From NCBI GenBank assembly GCA_964370075.1, contig CAYJHC010000001.1, positions 170-64,169 on the forward strand: a DNA stretch of 64,000 nt, given 5' to 3'. The notes under the pieces are model-generated. The model saw only the letters and a program-made list of their open reading frames with translations. It ran no database searches and was not told the origin of the DNA. The position numbers and the translations under genes are program-made. The DNA is from an uncultured Oscillospiraceae bacterium. Lineage in GTDB: Bacteria; Bacillota; Clostridia; Peptostreptococcales; Anaerovoracaceae. Shown in pieces: positions 36,813 to 46,054 of the stretch. The stretch's first letter is position 1; the number at the start of each line of letters is the position of its first letter.

Positions 36813-37439
36813 ATGATAGTTACATTAATTCCAACAGGAAGTTTTCAAGTTAATACTTATGTAGGTTATGATGAAGAAAATAAAAAAGGGTTTATAGTGG
36901 ATCCAGGTGGTTATTCTGATAATATTACAGAGATGTTGAAGAAAAAGGAGATAGACCTGGAATATATATTGTTAACTCATGGCCATGGGGACCACATAGG
37001 AGGGATTCCTCAATTTAGAGAAGAGTTTCCAAATGCAAAGCTAGTTGCTTCGGAAGATGAAAAAAAACTTTTGCACGACCCAGACTTAAATATGTCTAAA
37101 ATGGTTACAGGAAAAAACGCTAGTCTAGAAGCTGATATTTGGATGACAGATGGTCAAACTTTAATTTGTGGAGATGCAGAATTAAAGTTTTACAAAACAC
37201 CTGGCCATACAGAGGGAGGAATGGTAATTCTTTTTGAAGACATGTTATTTGCAGGAGACACAATTTTTGCAAATTCAATTGGTAGGACTGACTTTCCAGG
37301 AGGATCTTTTGAAGTTTTAGAGAAGAGCATTAAAGAAAAAATATATATTTTGCCAGAAGAAACTAAAATTCTGCCGGGACATATGGGATCAACTACAGTG
37401 GGCCATGAAAAAAAATATAATCCTTTTGTAAAAGGCTAA
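36813..37439 (+). CDS. MBL-fold metallo-hydrolase
   Basis: THGHGDH motif and downstream TPGHT and GD..F motifs; 208 aa. Confidence 0.85.
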   Translation: MIVTLIPTGSFQVNTYVGYDEENKKGFIVDPGGYSDNITEMLKKKEIDLEYILLTHGHGDHIGGIPQFREEFPNAKLVASEDEKKLLHDPDLNMSKMVTGKNASLEADIWMTDGQTLICGDAELKFYKTPGHTEGGMVILFEDMLFAGDTIFANSIGRTDFPGGSFEVLEKSIKEKIYILPEETKILPGHMGSTTVGHEKKYNPFVKG

Positions 37440-37500
37440 GTATTTATTTGGGATTTTAAACTTAGTTTGTATTAAGTTTAATTTTCATAGCTATGGAAAA

Positions 37501-38934
37501 ATGGAGAACATGAATAAAGAAAAAAAAGGCAAATACTTAATAAATGAAAACAAAGTTATATATAAAAAAACACTTTACGGAGCAAGTTCTATCAATGAGT
37601 TTGAGGAACTTGCAAAGGTTTTTTTAGAAAAAGAAGAGTTTCAATTGAGGCTACCTAGTGAGGATGAATTAGATGAAAGCACAGATATTTATCGAGATGA
37701 AAAAGGTGCTTTTGATAAAATAAAGCTAAAGAGAGAAATCTATAATGATTTGTCTAGCATTACAGGTCTACGACCTCCTTGGGGAACTACCACCGGAATT
37801 AGACCTATAAAAATGGCTGGAGAAACAATCCTCAGGTTAGGAGAAGAAACAAAGGAGTTTTTAATGTCACATCTTCTTATTTCAGAAGAAAAGGTGGACA
37901 TGTCAATTGATATATATAAATATCAAAAAGAAATGATAAAAGAGCCTAAAGAAAATAGTGTATCGGTCTATATAGGAATTCCCTTTTGTCCGACGAGATG
38001 CTACTACTGCTCTTTCACATCGAATGAACCAAAAGTTGATTTAGTAAACGAGTACTTAGAAGCCTTAGAAAAAGAGATTAAATACGTTGGAAATAAAATG
38101 GACGAGACAGGAGTAAAAGCTGAATCCATTTATATTGGAGGGGGAACACCTACAACCTTAGATGGAGCTCAATTGGAAAAAGTTTTAAGTTTAGTTAAAG
38201 AACATATAATTAGAGGCTTTGAAGAGGAACTTGTGGAGTTTACTGTTGAAGCAGGAAGAGCAGATACTATTACTGAAGAAAAACTAAAGGTTCTTAGGAA
38301 GTATCAAATTAATAGGATTAGCATAAACCCTCAAAGTATACATCAAGATACTTTGAACAAAATTGGAAGAGCTGGAACCTTTGAGGATGTAAAAAAAGCT
38401 TTTCAAATGGCAAGAAAAATAGGTGCATTTGATATCAATATGGATATTATAGCAGGTCTTGAAGGAGAGGATAATGATGCATTCCAAGAAACATTAAAGG
38501 CAGTGTTAACTCTAAAGCCAGATAATATAACTGTCCATTCATTAGCTATAAAGAGAAGCTCTAATTTAGCAAAGGTAGATAGCAAGGCGAATTATACAAG
38601 AAGAGATGTAGTTACATTAATGTTATTTGAAGGTGAAAATGCTTTAAAAGCAGAGGAATACAGGCCTTACTATCTTTATAGGCAGAAACATATGGCAGGA
38701 AGCTTGGAAAATGTAGGATATAGTAGGGATAATAAGCTTTGTTTATATAATGTAAGAATAATGGAAGAAAATCAAACCAACATTGCTATTGGAGCTGGCG
38801 GAATTTCAAAATTATATTTTAAAGAAGAGAATCGGTTAGAGCGAGTTGCAAATGTTGTAGATGTGAGAGTATATAATCAACGAATAGATGATATGATTAG
38901 AAGGAAGGAAGAAAATTTTTTCCCGAATTTATAA
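37501..38934 (+). CDS. hemZ: Radical SAM coproporphyrinogen-dehydrogenase-like protein (HemZ-like)
   Basis: CPTRCYYCSF radical-SAM cluster motif after a ~160-aa N-terminal extension, with a HemN-like core. Confidence 0.75.
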   Translation: MENMNKEKKGKYLINENKVIYKKTLYGASSINEFEELAKVFLEKEEFQLRLPSEDELDESTDIYRDEKGAFDKIKLKREIYNDLSSITGLRPPWGTTTGIRPIKMAGETILRLGEETKEFLMSHLLISEEKVDMSIDIYKYQKEMIKEPKENSVSVYIGIPFCPTRCYYCSFTSNEPKVDLVNEYLEALEKEIKYVGNKMDETGVKAESIYIGGGTPTTLDGAQLEKVLSLVKEHIIRGFEEELVEFTVEAGRADTITEEKLKVLRKYQINRISINPQSIHQDTLNKIGRAGTFEDVKKAFQMARKIGAFDINMDIIAGLEGEDNDAFQETLKAVLTLKPDNITVHSLAIKRSSNLAKVDSKANYTRRDVVTLMLFEGENALKAEEYRPYYLYRQKHMAGSLENVGYSRDNKLCLYNVRIMEENQTNIAIGAGGISKLYFKEENRLERVANVVDVRVYNQRIDDMIRRKEENFFPNL

Positions 38935-38953
38935 TTAGAAGTTAGGAGGAAAA

Positions 38954-40210
38954 ATGGGATATAGTGCCCCTAAAGGAACAAAAGATATAATGCCAAAAGA
39001 AGTGTATAAATGGCAGTATATAGAAGAAAAATTTGCTAACATATGTCGAAGATTTGGATTCAAAGAAATTAGAACCCCTGTATTTGAACATACGGAGGTA
39101 TTTGCTAGAGGCGTTGGAGACACTACAGACATAGTTCAGAAGGAGATGTATTCTTTTATGGATTATGGCAAAAGAAGTATTACCTTAAGGCCGGAAGGGA
39201 CTTCTGGAATTGTAAGAGCCTTCGTTGAGCATAAGCAATTTGCAGAAACCCAACCTACAAAACTGTGGTATGAAATGTCATGCTTTAGATATGAAAAACC
39301 ACAGTCTGGAAGGCAACGAGCTTTTCACCAATTTGGAATTGAAATATTTGGCTCAAACAATATGATCGCAGATAGTGAAGTTATTTCTCTTGCAAATGAC
39401 TTCTTAGAGGAATTAGGTATTACAAATGTAGAGCTTAGAATTAATAGTATTGGATGTCCAACATGTAGACCAGTTCATAGAGAGGCTCTAAAGAAGTTCC
39501 TTGAACCCAAATATGAAGAGCTTTGCAATACTTGCAAAGAAAGATATGAAAGAAATCCACTACGAATTTTAGATTGTAAGTCACCTAATTGCCAAGAATT
39601 GGTAAAGGACGCACCAGTAATGATGGATTATCTATGTGATGATTGCGAAATCGCGTTTAAAAGCCTTAAATCTAATTTGACAAGCCTAGGCATAGAGTTT
39701 TATATTGACCCTCGAATTGTAAGGGGATTAGATTATTATACAAAAACAGCATTTGAATTTGTCACAAATGAAATTGGTGCTCAGGGAACTGTTTGCGGCG
39801 GCGGAAGATATGATAACTTGATTAATCAATTGGGAGGACCAGAAATGCCAGGGGTAGGCTTTGGCATGGGAATAGAAAGATTGCTGCTTACAATGGAAGC
39901 TTGCGGTTGTGAAATCCCAGAGCCAGAAGGCCCAGACGTGTTTATTGTTACAATTGGGGAAGATGCAAAAAATCATGCCCTTAGTCTACTCCGAAAATTG
40001 AGAAAAGAGGGGTTAAAGGCCGAAATTGATAGCAATGAGAGAAATGTTAAGGGTCAGTTTAAGTATGCAGACAAAACCAAGGCAAAATACTCAATAGTTT
40101 TAGGAGAAAATGAAATTAGAGATAATAAGGTTACCCTTAAGAATATGGAAAATGGGGAACAGGCAGAGATAAGAATGGAAGATATAGTTGAAGAACTAAA
40201 CAAAAATTAG
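38954..40210 (+). CDS. hisS: Histidine--tRNA ligase
   Basis: PKGTKD, LRPEGT and class II motifs (FRYE.PQ.GR.R.F.Q, GGGRYD), plus an anticodon-binding C-domain. Confidence 0.95.
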   Translation: MGYSAPKGTKDIMPKEVYKWQYIEEKFANICRRFGFKEIRTPVFEHTEVFARGVGDTTDIVQKEMYSFMDYGKRSITLRPEGTSGIVRAFVEHKQFAETQPTKLWYEMSCFRYEKPQSGRQRAFHQFGIEIFGSNNMIADSEVISLANDFLEELGITNVELRINSIGCPTCRPVHREALKKFLEPKYEELCNTCKERYERNPLRILDCKSPNCQELVKDAPVMMDYLCDDCEIAFKSLKSNLTSLGIEFYIDPRIVRGLDYYTKTAFEFVTNEIGAQGTVCGGGRYDNLINQLGGPEMPGVGFGMGIERLLLTMEACGCEIPEPEGPDVFIVTIGEDAKNHALSLLRKLRKEGLKAEIDSNERNVKGQFKYADKTKAKYSIVLGENEIRDNKVTLKNMENGEQAEIRMEDIVEELNKN

Positions 40211-40219
40211 GAGGATCAA

Positions 40220-41977
40220 ATGCTTATCAAAAGAACGAATATGTGTGGTCAGTTTGGAAAAGAGAACATCGGAGAGAAAGTTAATATCAATGGATGGATT
40301 CAAAAAAGAAGAAATTTAGGAAAGGTTATTTTTTGCGATGTTAGAGATAGAACAGGAATTGTTCAAGTAGTTTTTAATGATGATATTTCAGAAGAACTTT
40401 TTGAAAAAGCAGATAGCCTTAGAGGAGAATATGTTGTTGGGATTACAGGGCTAGTAAAGGAAAGAGAATCAATTAATCCGGACCTACCTACAGGAGAAAT
40501 TGAGATTATTGCTGAAGATTTAGTTATTTATTCAGAAGCTCAAACCCCTCCAATTTACATTAAAGATGATGACAAGGTTGACGATAATCTTAGATTAAAA
40601 TATAGATATTTAGATCTTAGAAAGCAAAAAATGCAGAGAAACTTGAGCTTTAGACATAAGGTTTGTCAGGTAGCTAGAGATTATTATACAGATAATGGAT
40701 TCACTGAAGTTGAAACGCCAATGTTAATTAAACCTACACCAGAAGGAGCTCGAGACTATTTGGTTCCAAGCAGGGTTAATAAAGGACAGTTCTATGCTCT
40801 TCCACAGTCACCACAGATGTTTAAACAGCTTCTTATGGTAGGTGGGACAGATAGATATTTCCAGATAGTAAAATGCTTTAGAGATGAGGACCTTAGAGCA
40901 GATAGACAGCCTGAATTTACTCAAATAGATTTAGAAATGTCTTTTGTAGATAAAGATGATGTGATTTCAATCCAAGAAGGATTTCTAAAAAAGGTCTTTA
41001 ATGATGTAATGGGTATTGAAATTCAAACACCTTTCCCTAGAATCACATATGATGAAGCTATGGAAAGGTATGGAAGTGATAAACCAGATACAAGGTTTGG
41101 ATACGAGTTGAAAAAATTAAATGATAAGGTAGAAGGCTGTGGATTTAAAGTCTTTGAAGATGCTTTATCAGCAGGCGGAGATGTTAGAGGTATTAACATC
41201 AATGATGGTGCTGACAAATTCAGTCGAAAAGATATAGATAAACTGCAGGAAGCTGCAAAAAGCTATGGATGCAAAGGTTTAGTTTGGATTAAATATGGAG
41301 ATGAGATTACATCTTCAGTAAATAAATTTTTTGATCAAGATCAGTTAAAAGCTTTAGGAGAAGTTTTTGATGCGAAAAAGGGAGACTTAGTGCTACTGGT
41401 AGCAGATAAATCGTCAGTTGTATTTGATTCTTTAGGATTCTTGAGAAAGCATATCGCCGAAAAAATGGATGTGGTTGATGAAAATAGATATGACTTATTA
41501 TGGGTTGTTGAATTCCCACTTTATGAGTATGATGAAGAAGAGAATAGTTTTGTTGCAAAGCATCATCCTTTTACTTCACCTAGAAAAGAAGACTTAGATA
41601 AATTAGAATCGGATCCACATTCAGTAAAAGCAGAGGCTTATGATATAGTGTTGAATGGAGTTGAGCTTGGAGGAGGAAGTATTAGAATCCACGATGCAGA
41701 ACTTCAAACAAGAATGTTCAAAGTGCTTGGTTTATCTGAAGAAGAAATTGAACTGAAGTTTGGTTTTTTAGTAGAAGCATTTAAATATGGAGTACCACCT
41801 CATGGAGGATTAGCATACGGATTAGATAGATTGATAATGCTTCTTTCAGGAGAAAAGAGTATTAGAGAAGTAATAGCTTTCCCCAAAAATCAAGCTGCTC
41901 ACTGTATGGTTAGCGAAGCTCCAGCTGTTGCGGAAGAAAAACAGTTAGAAGAGTTAGGTATCAAGTTAAATGACTAA
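40220..41977 (+). CDS. aspS: Aspartate--tRNA ligase
   Basis: OB N-domain, QSPQ.FKQLLM, FRDEDLRADRQPEFTQ.D.E, a GAD insertion and GGGSIRIH motifs. Confidence 0.95.
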   Translation: MLIKRTNMCGQFGKENIGEKVNINGWIQKRRNLGKVIFCDVRDRTGIVQVVFNDDISEELFEKADSLRGEYVVGITGLVKERESINPDLPTGEIEIIAEDLVIYSEAQTPPIYIKDDDKVDDNLRLKYRYLDLRKQKMQRNLSFRHKVCQVARDYYTDNGFTEVETPMLIKPTPEGARDYLVPSRVNKGQFYALPQSPQMFKQLLMVGGTDRYFQIVKCFRDEDLRADRQPEFTQIDLEMSFVDKDDVISIQEGFLKKVFNDVMGIEIQTPFPRITYDEAMERYGSDKPDTRFGYELKKLNDKVEGCGFKVFEDALSAGGDVRGININDGADKFSRKDIDKLQEAAKSYGCKGLVWIKYGDEITSSVNKFFDQDQLKALGEVFDAKKGDLVLLVADKSSVVFDSLGFLRKHIAEKMDVVDENRYDLLWVVEFPLYEYDEEENSFVAKHHPFTSPRKEDLDKLESDPHSVKAEAYDIVLNGVELGGGSIRIHDAELQTRMFKVLGLSEEEIELKFGFLVEAFKYGVPPHGGLAYGLDRLIMLLSGEKSIREVIAFPKNQAAHCMVSEAPAVAEEKQLEELGIKLND

Positions 41978-42566
41978 GAAAATAGGAATTTTTGGTGGGA
42001 CATTTGACCCTATACATACGGGACATACATCCTTAGCTACAGATGCACTGGAACAAATGGAGTTAGATCGGGTTATTTTTGTCCCCTCTAAACTCCAACC
42101 ATTTAAATTAAATAAAGAAGTTACTGACAGTAAAAAGCGTATTGATATGATGGAAATAGCAATTGATAATCCTAAGTTTTCAATTTCTACTTTTGAAATG
42201 GAGCAAGAAACAGTTTCTTATACATATATTACTATGGATTATTTTAGGAAAACCTTTGGAAAAAGTGCTGATTTGTTTTTTATTTGCGGAACTGATAGTC
42301 TTCTTAAAATGAAATTCTGGAAGGAAAGCGAAAAGTTTATTAGTGAAAACAAGTTCATAGTTGGATCAAGACCAGGCTATAAAGAACTAGAGCTTGAAGC
42401 AGAAATTAATGAATTGGAAAATAGGTATAACACTCGAGTTTTCAAGGTTAATAATAAGCGGTTTGATGTGTCATCTACAGAAATAAGAGATAATATTAAC
42501 ATTTACAAAGACCTGGTAAATGTTAAAGTTGTGGAGTATATAAAAGAAAATGAATTATATATATAA
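41970..42566 (+). CDS. nadD: Nicotinate-nucleotide adenylyltransferase
   Basis: GIFGGTFDPIHTGH and SSTEIR motifs. Confidence 0.92.
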   Translation: MTKKIGIFGGTFDPIHTGHTSLATDALEQMELDRVIFVPSKLQPFKLNKEVTDSKKRIDMMEIAIDNPKFSISTFEMEQETVSYTYITMDYFRKTFGKSADLFFICGTDSLLKMKFWKESEKFISENKFIVGSRPGYKELELEAEINELENRYNTRVFKVNNKRFDVSSTEIRDNINIYKDLVNVKVVEYIKENELYI

Positions 42567-43164
42567 TTATCTTGAAAGTACAAGTCACAGCCAAAGATTA
42601 AAAAAACATACATTAGAAACTATCAAAACAGGAAAAGAATTAGCTAAAATTTACGGAGAAGATATAAGAAAGGTTGAAATAGCTTGTCTTTATCACGATT
42701 GGGCAAAAGAATGGCCTATAGAAAAGCTTAATCATTATATTTTAAAGTTTATGAAAGTCAATAAGGTTTACTTGGATAAAACTTCGTCAGAGTTTCTTTT
42801 AGATAATAAAAATATTAGCCATGGTAAGATTGCTGCTCATTACTTAAAAGAAAATTGGACCAAAGAATTAGCAGGAATTAACTTTACTCAAGATGTGATT
42901 GATGGCATTTCATATCACACAACAGGAAGAAAAAACATGAGCAGGCTAGAACAGATAGTTTACTTGGCAGATGCAATTGAGCCCAATAGAAACTATGATA
43001 GAGTGAATGAAATTAGAGAAATTTCAAAATTAGATTTGGAAAAAGCTTGCTTAATTACCTTAGAAAATACCTATGAGCATTTGATAGAAAAAGGGTTAGA
43101 TGAAAAAAGAATCCATAAAGATACCATAGAAGCTATAAATTATTATAGAGAAAAATTAATGTAG
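42550..43164 (+). CDS. yqeK: HD-domain bis(5'-nucleosyl)-tetraphosphatase YqeK
   Basis: H..HD metal motif (YHDWAKE) and the nadD-yqeK-rsfS synteny typical of Firmicutes. Confidence 0.85.
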   Translation: MNYIYNYLESTSHSQRLKKHTLETIKTGKELAKIYGEDIRKVEIACLYHDWAKEWPIEKLNHYILKFMKVNKVYLDKTSSEFLLDNKNISHGKIAAHYLKENWTKELAGINFTQDVIDGISYHTTGRKNMSRLEQIVYLADAIEPNRNYDRVNEIREISKLDLEKACLITLENTYEHLIEKGLDEKRIHKDTIEAINYYREKLM

Positions 43165-43210
43165 TATGAATAAACGAATTGCAAAGTTTTAAATAATAAA
43201 GGAGAATTTG

Positions 43211-43564
43211 ATGGAACTTAAAAAAATGGCTATGGAAATAGGGCAGTTATTGGAAGAAAAGAAAGCTTCGGAAATTAGCATTATTGATATTGGAGAAAAA
43301 TCAGGATTTGCTGATTATATGATTATTGCTTCAGGTGGATCAGAAAGACAGGTTGCTACGCTTAAAGAAGAAGTAGAAAAGCTAGTTGAACAATCTGGTG
43401 GAGAAGTGAAGAGGGTTGAAGGCAAGAAAGAGTCGGGTTGGATTTTGCTTGATTGTGGCGATATAATAGTTAATCTATTTACTGTGGATATGAGAGAGAA
43501 GTATACAGTAGAAAAAGTATGGGGAGATTGTGAAACAATATTATTGGAGGAAAGAAATGTCTAA
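43211..43564 (+). CDS. rsfS: Ribosome silencing factor
   Basis: [13 protein letters not shown] and WILLD.GD.IVN.F motifs. ATG 43211 lies 6 nt after AAGGAG. Confidence 0.9.
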   Translation: MELKKMAMEIGQLLEEKKASEISIIDIGEKSGFADYMIIASGGSERQVATLKEEVEKLVEQSGGEVKRVEGKKESGWILLDCGDIIVNLFTVDMREKYTVEKVWGDCETILLEERNV

Positions 43565-46034
43565 TAAATACGACTTTAAAAAAATTGAAGAAAAATGGCA
43601 AAAACGTTGGGAAGAAAAAGGAACTTTCAAAGTGTCTGAAGACATGGAGAAAGAAAAGTATTATGTACTTGAAATGTTTCCCTACCCTTCAGGAAAACTT
43701 CATATGGGGCATGTTAGAAACTACTCAATAGGGGATGTAATTGCCAGATTTAAAACTATGAAAGGGTTTAATGTTCTTCACCCGATGGGGTGGGATTCAT
43801 TTGGACTTCCTGCAGAAAATGCGGCTATTAAAAATGGAATTCATCCAAACAAATGGACTTGGGAAAATATTGAAGATATGAGAGCGCAACTTAGTGAATT
43901 AGGTCTTGCATATGACTGGGAAAGAGAGGTTGCAACCTGTCACCCAGATTACTATAAATGGATGCAGTGGATTTTTATTCAATTCTTTAATAATGGATTG
44001 GCCTATAAAAAAGAAAACCCAGTAAACTTTTGCCCAGATTGTCAGACCGTTCTAGCAAATGAACAGGTAGTAGATGGGGCTTGTGAAAGATGTGGAAGCT
44101 TGGTCGGCAAAAAAGAACTTTCACAGTGGTACTTTAAGATTACAGACTATGCTGATAGGCTGCTTAAGAATATAGATACACTAGATGGCTGGCCTAATAA
44201 GGTTAAAACTATGCAGAAAAACTGGATAGGGAAAAGTCAAGGCGCTCAAGTTACCTTTGAAATAGAAGGTTTTGATAAAGGGCTCGATGTTTTTACAACT
44301 AGACCTGATACTTTGTATGGAGTAACATATATGGTTTTAGCTCCTGAGCATAGCTTTGTGGGAGATCTTGTAATAGGCACAGAAAAAGAGAAAGAAGTTA
44401 GTGACTATGTAGAAAGAGTCCAACATTTAAGTGACATTGAAAGAACAGCTACAAATAACGAAAAAACAGGAGTTTTTATAGGAAAATACGCAATTAATCC
44501 TTTAAATGGAAAAAAAGTGCCTATATTTATTTCAGATTATGTTTTGATGGGATATGGAACAGGCGCTATAATGGCAGTTCCTGCTCATGATCAAAGAGAC
44601 TTTGAGTTTGCTAAGGCATTTGACCTAGAAATTATTCCAGTAGTAAGTTCAGATAATCCGGAAATTGATGTGAACAACTTGACAGAAGCCTTTGCAGCGG
44701 AGGGCACAATGATAAACTCGGATGAGTTTACAGGTATAAACAATAAAGAAGCAATAGAAAAAATAACTTCTTATCTAGAAGAAAAGAATATTGGGAAGGC
44801 AACTGTTAATTATAGGTTAAGAGACTGGTTAGTTTCACGACAAAGATATTGGGGAGCTCCTATACCAATGATAAACTGCCCTAAATGCGGCTGGGTTCCA
44901 GAGAAGGAAGAGAATCTTCCAGTAATGTTACCTACGGATGTAGAATTTTCTGGAAAGGGAGCGTCTCCTCTTACAACAAGCAAAGAATTTGGAACTACGA
45001 GCTGCCCTATTTGTGGGGAGGAATCTCAAAGAGAATTAGATACAATGGACACGTTCTTAGATTCGTCTTGGTACTTCCTACGCTATTGTGATCCGAAAAA
45101 TAGTGAAAAAATATTTGATAAAGAAAAGGTTAAATACTGGATGAATGTGGATCAGTATATTGGAGGCGTAGAGCATGCGATACTTCATTTACTGTACTCA
45201 AGATTTTTCCAAATGGCACTGTATGATCTTGATATTGTAACTACAGAGGAACCTTTCACTAACCTACTTACTCAAGGTATGGTAATTAAAGATGGAAAAA
45301 AAATGTCGAAATCTATTGGGAATGTCGTTTCGCCTAAAGAAATTATTGAAAAATATGGTGCTGATACAGCAAGATTATTTATCCTATTTGCCTCTCCACC
45401 AGAAAAAGAGCTGGATTGGTCAGATACTGGAGTAGAAGGTAGTTATAGATTCTTAAATAGGGTATATAGACTAATAGTAGAATACATCGAAAAATTTGAA
45501 ACGGTTGATAATGATGGAGAAGTTAAGCCAATTACAAAGGAAGATAAAGAGCTCCTATTTGTCCTAAATACAACTTTGAAAAAAGTTACAGAGGATGTAG
45601 GAGATAGATTTAATTTCAATACTGCAATTAGTTCTATAATGGAACTAGTTAATGAAATGTATAAATATAAGGAGGGAGATAATATAAATCTTCCTGTTCT
45701 AAGAAAAGCAACAAATGATCTTATTTTAATGCTTTCACCATTTGCACCACACTTAGCAGAAGAGATGTGGGAGATGATGGGTAAAGAAGGTAACTTGTAT
45801 GTGGAAAAGTGGCCTGAATACGATGAGCGAGCACTGGTAAAAGATGAAGTAGAGATTGTTATGCAAATTAACGGAAAGGTGAAGGAAAAAGTTCAAGTTC
45901 CTACTAATATAACAAAAGAAGAAATGGAAAAAATTGTTTTCGAAATGGACAAAACAAAAGAACTTATAGAAGGAAAAACTATAGTTAAAGTAATAGCGGT
46001 TCCGGGTAAGCTTGTTAACATAGTAGTTAAATAA
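43557..46034 (+). CDS. leuS: Leucine--tRNA ligase
   Basis: ATG 43557 gives [22 protein letters not shown] (HIGH) and KMSKS motifs, a CP1 editing domain and a Zn module are present. It overlaps rsfS by 8 nt. Confidence 0.95.
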   Translation: MSNKYDFKKIEEKWQKRWEEKGTFKVSEDMEKEKYYVLEMFPYPSGKLHMGHVRNYSIGDVIARFKTMKGFNVLHPMGWDSFGLPAENAAIKNGIHPNKWTWENIEDMRAQLSELGLAYDWEREVATCHPDYYKWMQWIFIQFFNNGLAYKKENPVNFCPDCQTVLANEQVVDGACERCGSLVGKKELSQWYFKITDYADRLLKNIDTLDGWPNKVKTMQKNWIGKSQGAQVTFEIEGFDKGLDVFTTRPDTLYGVTYMVLAPEHSFVGDLVIGTEKEKEVSDYVERVQHLSDIERTATNNEKTGVFIGKYAINPLNGKKVPIFISDYVLMGYGTGAIMAVPAHDQRDFEFAKAFDLEIIPVVSSDNPEIDVNNLTEAFAAEGTMINSDEFTGINNKEAIEKITSYLEEKNIGKATVNYRLRDWLVSRQRYWGAPIPMINCPKCGWVPEKEENLPVMLPTDVEFSGKGASPLTTSKEFGTTSCPICGEESQRELDTMDTFLDSSWYFLRYCDPKNSEKIFDKEKVKYWMNVDQYIGGVEHAILHLLYSRFFQMALYDLDIVTTEEPFTNLLTQGMVIKDGKKMSKSIGNVVSPKEIIEKYGADTARLFILFASPPEKELDWSDTGVEGSYRFLNRVYRLIVEYIEKFETVDNDGEVKPITKEDKELLFVLNTTLKKVTEDVGDRFNFNTAISSIMELVNEMYKYKEGDNINLPVLRKATNDLILMLSPFAPHLAEEMWEMMGKEGNLYVEKWPEYDERALVKDEVEIVMQINGKVKEKVQVPTNITKEEMEKIVFEMDKTKELIEGKTIVKVIAVPGKLVNIVVK

Positions 46035-46054
46035 GAACTTGAAAAAAGAAAAAT

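Noticed and set aside
37455-37480. Inverted repeat TAAACTTA-N8-TAAGTTTA upstream of the hemZ-like gene, as a further copy of the TTAGTT-type operator.
   Set aside because: It is only loosely similar to the 26882/26971 motifs, and 8-bp AT-rich inverted repeats are expected by chance.
44885-45091. 68-aa alternative-frame + strand ORF inside leuS.
   Set aside because: It is embedded in the highly conserved leuS frame, has no SD, and translates to arbitrary sequence.
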